Shown here: positions 1 to 10,248 of the stretch, one piece after another
Layout: each line of letters starts with the position of its first letter
Position numbering within the stretch: position 1 is the first letter of the stretch
Virus genome (UHGV): UHGV-0242533
Direction: 5' to 3' (one strand)
Length of the DNA stretch: 64,000 nucleotides
From: a virus
Made by a program: the position numbers and the translations under genes
Notes under the pieces: model-generated
Told to the model about the DNA's origin: nothing
Seen by the model: the letters and a program-made list of their open reading frames with translations, nothing else
The model's database searches: none

Positions 1-1024
1 CCCCAGTACCACCTTTGGTAATAGGTACGATAGATTCAGTGGAAACCAAACCTAAACCGAGGTTAGTACGTGCTGCACTAGGTGTAATTGCTCCAGTTCC
101 TCCCTTAACTAGAGGGACAACATTCTCTACAGACACAGACCCCAGTCCAAGATTAGTTCGAGAGTTTTCAGGCGTTGTAGCTCCAGTACCCCCTTGTGAA
201 ACAGAGAGTGCTGTAGTGAGACCAGAAAGAGATGTAATGTCCGAGTTAGCACCACTCTTAGCTGCTCCTGTAATTTGGCCCACTTCGTAATCACCGGTCT
301 GTGCTACAATATCACCTGTACGATTGTTGAAACTGGATACAGAATTAAAAAATACATCCCCGGTCTGCTCTTCCCCTCCATTGATACTTATAGATCGGAT
401 AGAAGGGACTAAATTAGCAATGTCAGACATAGAAGCTCGGTACAAACCACCATTATCCTTATCCACATAGAAACCATAATCATCAGAAACTGGAACACCA
501 ACTGCCACACTTCCAATATCTGAAATCGTACCATCTGTTCCATCCCGGCCCGGCTGGCCTTCTGGGATACCAAAAGCAAAAACACCAGTAGAATTGTCAT
601 AAGACCCTGTTGCCATACTTCCCGGAGGGAGTAATGTAGTTTGTACTGTCATATTAGAAATTATATCTAACTGAGCAAGTACGTCTTGTGTAGCTTCTTT
701 GGACAGCTCTGTAGCAGCATTGGTGTTGTCAATTGCAGTGTTTGTGGATTGAATTAATCCTAACAGAACTTGTTCCTGTGCTTCAAAGTCTTCTTTAAGC
801 TGTTTAATATCCTCTTCAAGGAGATAACCTTGAGCATATAGACGCTCTACCTCAGCAAGGATATCCTCTACGGAGTTGTATTTAGTTTGGGATAGAAGTG
901 CCCAATACTTAGCGTCAGCTGCGTATTCAGCTGCTTGTTTGTAAGCTCCAATAGAACCTTCTGTTGCACCAAATTGACCTACATTGTTAACATTATTAGG
1001 TGCTTGGTTATTATAAACGATCAT
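1..1024 (-). CDS. Tail fibre-like protein, N-terminal part (start codon at 1022-1024; gene runs off the window start)
   Basis: Minus-strand frame is open from ATG at 1024 to position 1 with an AAGGAG SD upstream. Translation begins MIVYNNQAPNNVNNVGQFGATEGS and contains GQPGRDGTDG and repeated GGTG/NLGLG motifs typical of phage fibre proteins. Confidence 0.7.
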   Translation of the reverse strand, partial: MIVYNNQAPNNVNNVGQFGATEGSIGAYKQAAEYAADAKYWALLSQTKYNSVEDILAEVERLYAQGYLLEEDIKQLKEDFEAQEQVLLGLIQSTNTAIDNTNAATELSKEATQDVLAQLDIISNMTVQTTLLPPGSMATGSYDNSTGVFAFGIPEGQPGRDGTDGTISDIGSVAVGVPVSDDYGFYVDKDNGGLYRASMSDIANLVPSIRSISINGGEEQTGDVFFNSVSSFNNRTGDIVAQTGDYEVGQITGAAKSGANSDITSLSGLTTALSVSQGGTGATTPENSRTNLGLGSVSVENVVPLVKGGTGAITPSAARTNLGLGLVSTESIVPITKGGTG

Positions 1025-1033
1025 ATTATCTCC

Positions 1034-1786
1034 TTATACACGAGAAGTACGAATACCATAAATATCAGGCAAGCTGCTCTGAAGTCTAGTCATATTATTC
1101 GGAATTGCGATAGGTGAACCTGAGTACTCTTGTTTCTTATTCTGCTCTACCATTTCATCAAGGATAGCTTTTCCTAATGCTGACCATTTCTGAACTCCAT
1201 TATCATCTTGAACAAACAAGCAAGCGTGACGCAGAGTAAAATACAGAAGAAGTTCTGGTGCGATAGTAAGGATAGCACTGGTATCTGTATCTTCGTGGAA
1301 TTCCGGTGGGTCTGCATAATAACTAAGAATCACTGAGTTTTCTGCTGGGATCAGAGGGCTTCCATCATCAGGGTAGTGCGGAGTATCTGCTTCGATACTA
1401 GGATAGAAGATAAAACGACTCCCGAAACGAGCAAAGTTAACAGGTTGATTATTCCAGTGAGATGGGTTAATTGTTCCATGCTGCCTACGATAGCTAATCT
1501 CTTCAGGAGATGTTACTTGGAAGATTGTACCATCTTTGGCTCTCATCATCCATTGAGCTTCTAAGTAATCAGGGGGAATATAAGCCACTCCATCTTTGAT
1601 ATCTAAATAGACTTCTTTTTCCAGAGGAGGAATACGTAAGTTACGATAAATTTCTTTCTCTGCAAAGTTAATAAAGTTTGGAATTTGATTAACAAATTCA
1701 TCATCGTCCCTATCTGCCCAGAGGGCCACGGCCTTCTTTAGCCACCCATAGGTATTGATGGGGTATTGAACATCTGGCATTGCCAT
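1034..1786 (-). CDS. Hypothetical virion-associated protein (250 aa)
   Basis: ORF track; lies between capsid module and fibre gene; no recognisable motif. Confidence 0.55.
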   Translation of the reverse strand: MAMPDVQYPINTYGWLKKAVALWADRDDDEFVNQIPNFINFAEKEIYRNLRIPPLEKEVYLDIKDGVAYIPPDYLEAQWMMRAKDGTIFQVTSPEEISYRRQHGTINPSHWNNQPVNFARFGSRFIFYPSIEADTPHYPDDGSPLIPAENSVILSYYADPPEFHEDTDTSAILTIAPELLLYFTLRHACLFVQDDNGVQKWSALGKAILDEMVEQNKKQEYSGSPIAIPNNMTRLQSSLPDIYGIRTSRV

Positions 1787-1819
1787 AGGTTGTCCTCCTT
1801 GTTATATGTAGACAAAGAA

Positions 1820-1828
1820 TATACATTA
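1820..1828 (-). promoter_or_regulatory. TAATGTATA promoter-like element (minus strand), about 35 nt upstream of the 1786 start
   Basis: Exact 9-mer on minus strand; the same 9-mer recurs upstream of other genes (see findings). Confidence 0.4.
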
Positions 1829-1850
1829 CACACTGGCTTGTATAGGTCTT

Positions 1851-1880
1851 AAAACGAAAAAACCCCGCCCGAAGGCAGGG
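1851..1880 (-). terminator. Intrinsic terminator after capsid genes (minus strand)
   Basis: Minus-strand RNA hairpin CCCUGCC-UUC-GGGCGGGG followed by a U-run; pairing is good only on the minus strand (U-G wobble). Confidence 0.6.
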
Positions 1881-1887
1881 TCTAATT

Positions 1888-2430
1888 TTAAGCAGGTGTT
1901 ACACCAGTAAAAGTGCATGTTGCATTGATGGACGGGTCAGCTGTCAAACTAGCTTGAACAGTAACTTCGCCACTTGCAGCAGCATCTAATTTTAACGAAT
2001 TATTAGCGCTTATTGTACCAGCTTCTACGGGAGTTACAACAAGTGTGTAATCATCAGCAACAGAATTGGTTACAGTAAACATGGTGTTGAAGTTAGTGGT
2101 AGTACCACCTACTTTACCTGTAATTGGCCCACGACTCACAATAGTAGGAGCAGGAGCAACAATTTCAGAAATGGTTGCTGTACCAGAAACACCTTCTAAA
2201 GTTGCAGTAATGGATACATCAGTGGATTGAGACGCACTCGGAGCAGTATACAAACCAGACTGAGTGATAGAACCACCTCCTGTCACTGACCAAGTAAAGC
2301 CAGTTGTTTCGGTAGAACCATCACTTTTCTCCGCGCTTGCAGTGAACTGCCGAGTAGCCCCTGTCTCTAGACTTGCTAAAGACGCAGGGCTAACAGTCAC
2401 ACTGTCTACTGTTACGCCGCCACCTTTCCC
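1888..2430 (-). CDS. Capsid C-terminal extension with Ig-like domains, predicted to be expressed by -1 frameshift from the major capsid gene
   Basis: The ORF-track start at 2400 is GTG without SD; the frame stays open upstream into the capsid gene in the -1 frame. Product is Thr/Ser/Gly-rich with beta-sandwich-like repeats. Confidence 0.55.
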   Translation of the reverse strand, partial: GKGGGVTVDSVTVSPASLASLETGATRQFTASAEKSDGSTETTGFTWSVTGGGSITQSGLYTAPSASQSTDVSITATLEGVSGTATISEIVAPAPTIVSRGPITGKVGGTTTNFNTMFTVTNSVADDYTLVVTPVEAGTISANNSLKLDAAASGEVTVQASLTADPSINATCTFTGVTPA

Positions 2431-3470
2431 GCAGCAGTGAACAGAACGCCGGAAGCATACGGGTTGCGGTGACGCAGACCAACTTCCATTTCAATCATCC
2501 ACTTCTCGTAAGAACCGTCTTTAGCCAGTTCAGTACGTTTCGGAGCACGCAGAACCATCTGAGTCCAGTCAGCGCTACGGAAGAAGTAAACTGCATCGGT
2601 AGGCATCCAACGGTTAACGATGATTTTGTAGCTCTGGCCCAGCGGGTCAGTGATGCTGTTAACTTCGTAGATGAACTGCTTGGTGTTCTCAAAGATACGC
2701 TTACGTGAACCCTGAGTATTTTCTTGCAGGCCAGCGAAGATCTTAGCATGAGCCGGGTTAATCATGATGATATCAGCTTCAGAACCAGCGGTATACAGTT
2801 GCAGAGTCATATCAAAGATATCAGCTTCGTCGAAACCAATGTTAGTGGTCGGGTTAGAAGCATTCTGTGCAACTTTAACAGTTACTGCACCAGTATCCGG
2901 GTCAGCAGGACCATTCTTAGTCTTGTCAACAACGCCACCAGCCAGACCACCGTGAGCACACAGGAACTGGAATGCACCAGTCTTACGAGCTGCATGGGTG
3001 TCGTTCAGACCAACAACAGTAGGATCAGTTGCAGAGTTAGTCAGGTACTGGTCAGCCAGAACGTCGGTACGAGCCTGACCGGACAGAAGGATTTTCTCGA
3101 GGTCACGCTTGATCTCTTTACCTTTCTTCTCCAGCTGATACATCAGTTCACGACCACGACCGTAGTTAGCGGTGGTGTTAGCAGTATCAGAAACACGAAC
3201 AACCTTACGCAGAATCTGAGTAACGTTAGATTTGATAACAGTCGGTTTCATTTCGCCGTCTTCAGCACGAGAGCCTTCGACGTGTGCGTTATTAGCGTCA
3301 ACGCTTGCCAATGCATCGGTCTGCCAGCTAAAGATAGTCTGGTTGATAGACTCTTTGCCGGTCATGGATACGAACGGGGTATCCTGAGGGGACAGAACAG
3401 AAATCCAGTTAGCAAAAGAAAGTTTTTTACCATTCTGGTCATACGATACAAATAAAGTTGGATTAGCCAT
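2412..3470 (-). CDS. Major capsid protein (352 aa)
   Basis: Position after scaffold and portal, size, and downstream frameshift extension, as in T7 gene 10A/10B. Confidence 0.75.
   Translation of the reverse strand: MANPTLFVSYDQNGKKLSFANWISVLSPQDTPFVSMTGKESINQTIFSWQTDALASVDANNAHVEGSRAEDGEMKPTVIKSNVTQILRKVVRVSDTANTTANYGRGRELMYQLEKKGKEIKRDLEKILLSGQARTDVLADQYLTNSATDPTVVGLNDTHAARKTGAFQFLCAHGGLAGGVVDKTKNGPADPDTGAVTVKVAQNASNPTTNIGFDEADIFDMTLQLYTAGSEADIIMINPAHAKIFAGLQENTQGSRKRIFENTKQFIYEVNSITDPLGQSYKIIVNRWMPTDAVYFFRSADWTQMVLRAPKRTELAKDGSYEKWMIEMEVGLRHRNPYASGVLFTAAGKVAA
2424..2430 (-). other. Candidate -1 ribosomal frameshift heptamer G GGA AAG
   Basis: Plus-strand ctttccc, i.e. GGGAAAG on the coding strand, 4 codons before the capsid stop codon; canonical X XXY YYZ slippery site. 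Confidence 0.55.
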
Positions 3471-3510
3471 GTTATGTTAGCTCCTATACTATTAATAATT
3501 AATTTGTCGA

Positions 3511-4596
3511 TTAATCTACGAGGAATTTGAATGCGTCTTCGTGACTAACGCGACCCTCTGCGAATGCCTTGGCAACCTTAGCGTTGTCGGGCTTATTGGA
3601 AGTACGAGACTTTGCAGCATCAGACTTCACAACCTTGCGTGGAGCACCGGGACGTTTAATCTTAGCCATCACCTGTTGTTTACCTTTATCAAATTGGTAT
3701 GCTTTATGGAGAGCTAGGAAAATAGACGGACGGTTTTCCTTCAATACTTCTTCTTCAGTAGCACCTAAGTCAATTGCGTATTGCATTAAGTTTTGATATA
3801 AGTTTTCATCCCAATTTGGAATCTCACGTTTCAGAATATTAACACATTCAATGCTCTTGGCTTGGAAAGCTTCCTGCTCTTTAGCTGCTGCTTCCTGCTT
3901 AATACGGATTTGAGCCTGTTCAAGCTGTTGACGGCGAGCTGTGTACTTCTCTAGGAAACGTTTGTTTTCAACATACGCTTGAGGATCTTCTACTGCAAGC
4001 TTGTCCCAATCAAAACCGTTGTAATCTTCAATTACTCGATCTGCTTCTAAAGACGCTAATTCTAATACATCCTTCAAACCTACTACACGTTCCTCAAATG
4101 CTTCCATATGACGCTGAAGAGTTGATTCTCGTTCTGTCATATCAGCACCAGTAAGATAGCCATTAGAAAGTTCTTCAATAGTCATCTCACGTCCATCAGG
4201 AAGGGTGATAACGGTTTCGTAGTCTACATCAAAGACTTCACCTTCACCGTCAGCAGAATCATCTTCATATCCTGCATCGCTTGAGTCTTCCTCATCTGCT
4301 TCAGAGCTTTCGTCTGATTCATCAAATTCTTCCTCATCTTGTTCGACTTCGCCTTCCTCAGTATGATCTTCCCAACCATCTTCATCTTCGAACTTAAGCT
4401 CATTGCTTTCACCGAGAAGGTCGGTATCAAAGTCGAAATCGTCACCGTCTTTTTCCGGGAACTCATCGTCAATGTCCACTTCTGGTTCTTGTTCAGATTC
4501 TAATCGACCGAGTTCTTCTTTGAAAGAACCTTTCAGGTCATCTAGTTGGAGGAAAGATTTAAAATCGTTCGGGTCAATATAATTATCTTGTGGCAT
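3511..4596 (-). CDS. Scaffolding protein (361 aa)
   Basis: Highly acidic central region (D/E runs) with coiled-coil-like C-terminal half; located between portal and capsid genes. Confidence 0.6.
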   Translation of the reverse strand: MPQDNYIDPNDFKSFLQLDDLKGSFKEELGRLESEQEPEVDIDDEFPEKDGDDFDFDTDLLGESNELKFEDEDGWEDHTEEGEVEQDEEEFDESDESSEADEEDSSDAGYEDDSADGEGEVFDVDYETVITLPDGREMTIEELSNGYLTGADMTERESTLQRHMEAFEERVVGLKDVLELASLEADRVIEDYNGFDWDKLAVEDPQAYVENKRFLEKYTARRQQLEQAQIRIKQEAAAKEQEAFQAKSIECVNILKREIPNWDENLYQNLMQYAIDLGATEEEVLKENRPSIFLALHKAYQFDKGKQQVMAKIKRPGAPRKVVKSDAAKSRTSNKPDNAKVAKAFAEGRVSHEDAFKFLVD

Positions 4597-4832
4597 TATG
4601 AAACATCTCCTGCACTATTGATAGCAGCTTTTATGACCTCTTTTAAGCTACCAACCATTTTATACTTTTGATAACAATCTTCGCGTTTCTTATTCTCATG
4701 AGGTTCGGTTTGAACTATCTCGGTCATGAGTCTTTCTTTCAATGCCTCTAATGCTGCGTCAAGACTGCCGTTAAGATTGAGAGCCGCCAAAGCGGCGGCG
4801 TGCTCTTTATTGAATTGTTGTCTAATGTTCAT
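4596..4832 (-). CDS. Hypothetical protein (78 aa)
   Basis: ORF track; start overlaps upstream gene in operon context. Confidence 0.45.
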   Translation of the reverse strand: MNIRQQFNKEHAAALAALNLNGSLDAALEALKERLMTEIVQTEPHENKKREDCYQKYKMVGSLKEVIKAAINSAGDVS

Positions 4833-4841
4833 TCGACGTCC

Positions 4842-7085
4842 TTACTTTTTACTTCCAAGACGTTTGCCTGGAATCCGTGAATCTTTGAGAGAAGCTTGTT
4901 GCTCTTTCTTAGTTACATTAGCCTCTTTCTTTTGGAGTTCCAAAGTTTTATCCTGAACACGAGTTTGCTGAACAATCTTCTCTTGATCTACCTGATGAGA
5001 CATAACCATCTGCAATTCTTTCAGTACAGATTCATACTGACGGACCTGCTGTTGCATAAGAGCTAACTTGTGCTTAGCTTGTTCCAGAGTAGCATTGTTA
5101 TCTTCTTTACGGTTTTCCAGAGTCATTGCATCTGCTGCATTTTCTTGCTTGAACTGCAACTCTTCCTGACGCAGACTTAGTTCATCCGCAGCTTTTTGCT
5201 GTTCAAATGTAGTACGCTCACGTTGGTCGAATGCATCAGCAATCATCTTCTGAGAAGAAGCCTGTACGTTCTCAACCTGTGCTTTAGTCATCTCAAGCTG
5301 GAGGATTTCCATCGGAGAAGGTTCTGGCGGCTGATACTGTTCCAGAGGCAGAAGGTACTTGTGAGTGTCCTTAATACCCATCAACTCAAAGATCTGTGCA
5401 GTCATGTAACGGTCTTGCTCCAAACCAAAGAGAGGTGCTAACTGTGCATCTGCTGCAATAAGCTGTTTCAAGCTAATCAGTTTCTGTGCACGTTCTGCTT
5501 TCTCATTAGGAGAGATAGCTACAACAACTTGAAGATTGTGACGAGCTGGTAATTGTTTCGGATTTACCTGAATCATACCACGAGGGGTCTGTACCTCAAT
5601 AGGAACTTCACCATTCTCTCTGATAAGACTGTAAATACCACGCATCAATTCAACCATACCATTGTGAGCAATGTTACGACAGACCATACGGAGACGGTTC
5701 TGTGCAGCATTCATCATCAAGCCTACGGTTGCATAAGCGTTATCATTCTTAAACACATCAGGGTTGATACCCATGCCAAGTTTAGTTACACCTGTACGTG
5801 TCTCTTTAAGCTCCTCAGACATGCCTAGGAGGCCATCAATACCTTGAGGTAGGTTATGGTATGGGAACAGGTCAATAGCGTCTTGACGTTCCATTTCAAC
5901 CACTCCACCGGGACGGTTATCAAGCAGAGAGCGACGGTCGTATGCACCAACAAGAGCTTTGTATCGACCATAGTTAGCATTGTTGACGTTATCAATATAA
6001 CCACGAACTAACGCGGTACGTAAATCTTGAATATCTTTCGTAATGTCATAGACCGATTGACCATAGAAGGAACCCGGAATCGGATACGGGCAGAAGGTTA
6101 CAAACGGAATGTGAGTTACTTCTTCAGTGTGAAGGATATGCTCACCAGCTTGGATAACCTGATAGAGTTTAGACTCTTTATTCTTATCTAGAACACCAGT
6201 ACGAATGTAGTGCTCATAAACCCAAACCATAGAAGCAATATCTTCGGTATCTGTACCAATATCAGCATCAATATCCTGACGCCAGTCAGTACGAGACCAA
6301 GCAACTGTAGATTGAGTGGTATCCATCGTGTCTGTCCAGTCGTTGAATGCTTCAATCTCATCTTTAGGGAAACCCATAGCAACCAGATCTTCTTTAGAAC
6401 GACGTACACGATGACAAAAATATTGTGCATCTGCAAAAGAGGTAGCATGTTCATCAACAAAGATTTGCTCTGAAGGAACATATTCAACTTTCACACGTTT
6501 AACAGTTTGTTCGTAAGTAACTTTAACATCTACTGTACCGTCTTCATTTTCTTCAGTGAAGATTTCCAGATTCTTAAGTCCACCAGCTTCCAATCCCTGA
6601 ACGTATGCAGCCAATGCTTCCGGTGGTACACCTTCAGCTTCTTCAGTTTGAGTAGAAGTGTGCTCATCCCAATAATATTTGATAAAAGAGTTACGAGTAA
6701 CCAGACACTCTTGTGCAGCAGAAGAGATAATATTGTATCCCGGATTATCACGCAGAAGAATTTGGTTAACTAATTTAGTTGCTACATCAGCAGCATCAGA
6801 ATCCTGTTGGTTGTCAGCTACGAAAGTAACTGCTTCGTCACCAGAACAGAATACGTTAATAATATCTTGCAATGTACCGTTAACAGATTCCCAAACAGTA
6901 CGATCTACCCAACTAGAGCTGCCAGCAGTTACTGGTGCAGGTAAGTTACCATAGAAATATTCCCAAGCTTCACGAGCATAGCCCTTAACAGCTGTGTCTA
7001 CGTAACCTTGAGCGTAATTAAAACGACGTTGAAGGTCAACACGTAACTCGTCCAACACCTCTTCACTATATTTTTGCTTAGCCAT
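4842..7085 (-). CDS. Portal protein (747 aa)
   Basis: Large protein immediately downstream of terminase large subunit and upstream of scaffold and capsid; C-terminal coiled-coil tail. Call is positional. Confidence 0.65.
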   Translation of the reverse strand: MAKQKYSEEVLDELRVDLQRRFNYAQGYVDTAVKGYAREAWEYFYGNLPAPVTAGSSSWVDRTVWESVNGTLQDIINVFCSGDEAVTFVADNQQDSDAADVATKLVNQILLRDNPGYNIISSAAQECLVTRNSFIKYYWDEHTSTQTEEAEGVPPEALAAYVQGLEAGGLKNLEIFTEENEDGTVDVKVTYEQTVKRVKVEYVPSEQIFVDEHATSFADAQYFCHRVRRSKEDLVAMGFPKDEIEAFNDWTDTMDTTQSTVAWSRTDWRQDIDADIGTDTEDIASMVWVYEHYIRTGVLDKNKESKLYQVIQAGEHILHTEEVTHIPFVTFCPYPIPGSFYGQSVYDITKDIQDLRTALVRGYIDNVNNANYGRYKALVGAYDRRSLLDNRPGGVVEMERQDAIDLFPYHNLPQGIDGLLGMSEELKETRTGVTKLGMGINPDVFKNDNAYATVGLMMNAAQNRLRMVCRNIAHNGMVELMRGIYSLIRENGEVPIEVQTPRGMIQVNPKQLPARHNLQVVVAISPNEKAERAQKLISLKQLIAADAQLAPLFGLEQDRYMTAQIFELMGIKDTHKYLLPLEQYQPPEPSPMEILQLEMTKAQVENVQASSQKMIADAFDQRERTTFEQQKAADELSLRQEELQFKQENAADAMTLENRKEDNNATLEQAKHKLALMQQQVRQYESVLKELQMVMSHQVDQEKIVQQTRVQDKTLELQKKEANVTKKEQQASLKDSRIPGKRLGSKK

Positions 7086-7145
7086 CTATTCTCTCCCTCG
7101 GTTGATAGCTTAAATAAAAGAAGGGAGGACAAACCTCCCCTTACT

Positions 7146-8687
7146 TTAGTAACTCTGATTCCATCTGCTTACGTTTGCCTCATACAAAGAAGCACTTCCG
7201 TAGCTAACGTCATGTTTAGAGCGACCACGATGTGTAACAGAGCACGCTGAATAGCGCATTGCGTCCATTAAGTCATCATGTTCTTTAATAATCTTACCAA
7301 CCTTACGGTGATACCTAGCTTTCTCTTCGAATAGCTTAGCGTTAGCGGCTGTGTTAAAGACCTTAAAGCGTCCACTCATCATTCTTTCTCGGATATCTGT
7401 GATTCCCGGTTCTACAAAGAAGTTCTTTTTACCATCCATTCCAATTTTGTTGTAGAAGGTCTCACTCTGTACATTAACTCCTGCATTCTTATAGAATTGA
7501 GCAACAGATGAGCCACTACCTTTCTCAATATTGTCCGCATCGTGCGGCAGGATGACAGGAATCCACTGACCACGACCATTAATAGCTGGAGCATGATACA
7601 CTGGAGTAAAGCCACCTTCTTTATATGAGTCGTAAACATAGATAGTATCCGTGTTTGCATCGTAAGCTGTCCAAACAGCAGCAGTTGGGTGATCAATACC
7701 AATATCAATTGCACAGACACGTTTCCACGTATCAGGAATTTCGAATGGTTCACATTTAATTGTGTCATCCGATACATCATAAATCAAACCACTTCCTAAC
7801 AATGGCATACCTTTTGAACGCATTTCTAATTGCCACGCTGGAATACCTTCAGTCATATCTTTTATATCTTGGTCAGTGATATGTCCACCTAGGTCTGCAT
7901 GAGCATCCCACCAAGAAGCATTCTGGAAATATAGAGAACCTGTGTTCTCATCCCCTTCACCTTTCATAAATTTATCTACCAGTTCAGTTAAACCGTTCTC
8001 TGGTGTAGCCGTAATTGTAACTAGACCTTTAGTTGTGAGTGTACGTGTGACACACTGTGCGAATATAGCCATAGACTCGTATGGATCTTCTTCGTCTAAC
8101 CAAATGTAGTCAACTGTTGCACCCATCAATGTGTGTTCACCCTGTTGGGTTGAACGGAATTCTAATGTACTTAAACCGTCAAACTCTCCTCTTTCATTTT
8201 GATGTTTGATTTGTACGATTTGAAGTTTGTTACCATCTCGTTCTATCGTGTCAATGACGATAGCATCACGAGGAATGACACCTGTCCCTAATAAATTTGT
8301 ATCCTTTCCGATAGGTGTACCAAACAATTCCTTTTGCAATACTTTCCTTGTGGAATCCCCTGTAATACCAACTGCCCATGCTAAGATAGGTCTTTTAAAT
8401 TTATATCCTGTCCACCAAGTTGGGTAGCGACCTGTGACATGACAAGCAAACTCGTATGCCTCGCTATAAGATTTACCAACACGGTTCGCTGCACACAAGA
8501 ATCTAAAGCGATGCTTCAATCCTGCTGCATAAAATTTCTTTTGGAAGTCATACGCCTTGAAAGACAAAATCCTATTATACTTCCTCCATTGGTCACGCTC
8601 TTTCAACATATTCAATAGTGCTTTCTTTTCATCTACACTAAGGTTGTTACCAGTTAGAGCTTCATAAATTTGTTTATCTAATGACAT
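7146..8687 (-). CDS. Terminase large subunit (513 aa)
   Basis: N-terminal P-loop-like segment (AANRVGKS) and C-terminal acidic nuclease-like segment; size and position. Confidence 0.75.
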   Translation of the reverse strand: MSLDKQIYEALTGNNLSVDEKKALLNMLKERDQWRKYNRILSFKAYDFQKKFYAAGLKHRFRFLCAANRVGKSYSEAYEFACHVTGRYPTWWTGYKFKRPILAWAVGITGDSTRKVLQKELFGTPIGKDTNLLGTGVIPRDAIVIDTIERDGNKLQIVQIKHQNERGEFDGLSTLEFRSTQQGEHTLMGATVDYIWLDEEDPYESMAIFAQCVTRTLTTKGLVTITATPENGLTELVDKFMKGEGDENTGSLYFQNASWWDAHADLGGHITDQDIKDMTEGIPAWQLEMRSKGMPLLGSGLIYDVSDDTIKCEPFEIPDTWKRVCAIDIGIDHPTAAVWTAYDANTDTIYVYDSYKEGGFTPVYHAPAINGRGQWIPVILPHDADNIEKGSGSSVAQFYKNAGVNVQSETFYNKIGMDGKKNFFVEPGITDIRERMMSGRFKVFNTAANAKLFEEKARYHRKVGKIIKEHDDLMDAMRYSACSVTHRGRSKHDVSYGSASLYEANVSRWNQSY

Positions 8688-8756
8688 ACTTCCTCCAGTT
8701 TAAAAATAGAAAAGGGAAAGTCCCTTCGTCAAAGAACCTCCCCTTCTTTCCTTTAC

Positions 8757-9230
8757 TTAACTCTCGTCCGCTTCCTCCCCCTTTTCAGCGTCCTCAGAGT
8801 TGTCTTCTTCTGGAGGCATAACGTCAACACCAAGTGCTCCAGTCAAGAAGTCCTTGATTTGTGCATTCAATGATTCTTCGTTGATTACATTCTCTTCCTC
8901 AATCTTAACTTCAACAGAGGCCGCCTTAGGATATACCAGATCTGCAACTTTTGATGCAGCCTTGAATCTAAGATCAGGTGGAATATTAGGATCTTCGTAA
9001 ATTTGAATTAACACTTCATCAGGAGACAAATGACTTGCAGCAACACGGTCCAACATTAATTGTGTCAGTTTACCTCTACTACCTTTGGGTCGTCCGAATT
9101 TATTTCCCTTTTGAAACTTCCCATTGCTTGGGTTCATACCACGGCTTTCAAGTTCTTCCGTTACTCCGGGTAATCTTCCTGTAACCTCAGCTACCTGTGC
9201 AGGCGTGAGTTCTCCGTTTTCTCCAAACAT
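8757..9230 (-). CDS. Putative terminase small subunit (157 aa)
   Basis: Small basic/acidic protein directly upstream of the large terminase gene. Confidence 0.45.
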   Translation of the reverse strand: MFGENGELTPAQVAEVTGRLPGVTEELESRGMNPSNGKFQKGNKFGRPKGSRGKLTQLMLDRVAASHLSPDEVLIQIYEDPNIPPDLRFKAASKVADLVYPKAASVEVKIEEENVINEESLNAQIKDFLTGALGVDVMPPEEDNSEDAEKGEEADES

Positions 9231-9286
9231 TTTATACTCCTTCTACATTATCAACAACACAAAAAGCCTCCCAACGGAGGCAAATA

Positions 9287-9982
9287 TTACTTACAATCAC
9301 CAACGGACAGGTTAAACATCTTACCTAGAGCAATCGTCTCACCTTCCCACGGAAGTTCTGCACCCTTCTCTTCCTCTAAAAGAATAGAGCCGTCGACCAA
9401 AAATTTTTCGTAGTCTCGCAGTGCGTCGTCTACTAACTCACTCTTGTGAATCCACGTAATTGTTTCTGTACCATCCTCTTCGATTCGAACATCACGATGC
9501 CATTCATCTTTGGAGGTAATGTAATCATGGAGCATTTCATATTCAGCTTCTTCAATCATCTCAATCATTGCACGAGCATAGTCAGGGAGGTGATCATGTT
9601 TAGTAGATTCGTATTCAACTACTTCCAGAGTAGAAGGCTTAGCCCGTGCAACTTCTTCAAGTACTTTTGATCGATCTTTGTAGTAGTTCTCATATTTATC
9701 ACCAATAGTACCGACTTGAAGTCCACGGTATTGTTCTACTAAACTCATCATATCTTTCTTCTCCGTAATAGTTGGTTTAAGAATACTTCCACTATATAAA
9801 TCTTGTACAGCCAGTCCTGAAACATTTCCCATAGTTTCTAAATGTTGCAAGCTACAACCAGAACGACACAGCTGTGAATTGTAGTCAACCATGTCCATTG
9901 CTTTGATGTGGAAAGGAGAACCAGAAGGGAAACTACCTCCATAAACACCTTCCATGTTAACTGCGATTATTTTATTATTCAT
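9287..9982 (-). CDS. Hypothetical protein (231 aa)
   Basis: ORF track; operon context. Confidence 0.5.
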   Translation of the reverse strand: MNNKIIAVNMEGVYGGSFPSGSPFHIKAMDMVDYNSQLCRSGCSLQHLETMGNVSGLAVQDLYSGSILKPTITEKKDMMSLVEQYRGLQVGTIGDKYENYYKDRSKVLEEVARAKPSTLEVVEYESTKHDHLPDYARAMIEMIEEAEYEMLHDYITSKDEWHRDVRIEEDGTETITWIHKSELVDDALRDYEKFLVDGSILLEEEKGAELPWEGETIALGKMFNLSVGDCK

Positions 9983-10229
9983 TTGTATCTCCCTTGCTGT
10001 AATCTTTGTATGTTTCTACTTTGTAAGTGCGGAATGCTCTGAAGAAGAGCCAACCTAAGCTACTCACATCAATTGTGATATCGAAATCTGTATCATCATC
10101 TAAATCAACAAGACGACCTAAGCATGTAGCTTCCATCCCTTCTTCAGAGTCACTGTTGACTACGAAAGCGTATGTCTCAGTTCTGAACCGAGGCACCAAC
10201 TCTGATAAAAAGTCTAATACTAAATTCAT
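9975..10229 (-). CDS. Hypothetical protein (84 aa)
   Basis: ORF track; first gene of the minus-strand operon. Confidence 0.4.
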   Translation of the reverse strand: MNLVLDFLSELVPRFRTETYAFVVNSDSEEGMEATCLGRLVDLDDDTDFDITIDVSSLGWLFFRAFRTYKVETYKDYSKGDTNE

Positions 10230-10248
10230 AATTCTTCTCCTCTGAATA

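Noticed and set aside
15-600. ORF 15..290 (+) and ORF 409..600 (-)
   Set aside because: The region is covered by a continuous minus-strand tail-fibre reading frame (1..1024) in a different frame; these are overlap artefacts.
2469-3455. Plus-strand ORFs 2469..2708, 2724..3455 and 2764..2955, and minus-strand ORF 2495..2749
   Set aside because: They lie entirely inside the major capsid gene on the opposite strand or in an alternative frame, with no RBS; likely shadow ORFs.
5196-6954. Plus-strand and alternative-frame ORFs inside the portal gene (5196..5441, 5553..5828, 6188..6487, 6210..6473, 6507..6773, 6530..6751, 6679..6954)
   Set aside because: Embedded in a long coherent minus-strand gene; no independent support.
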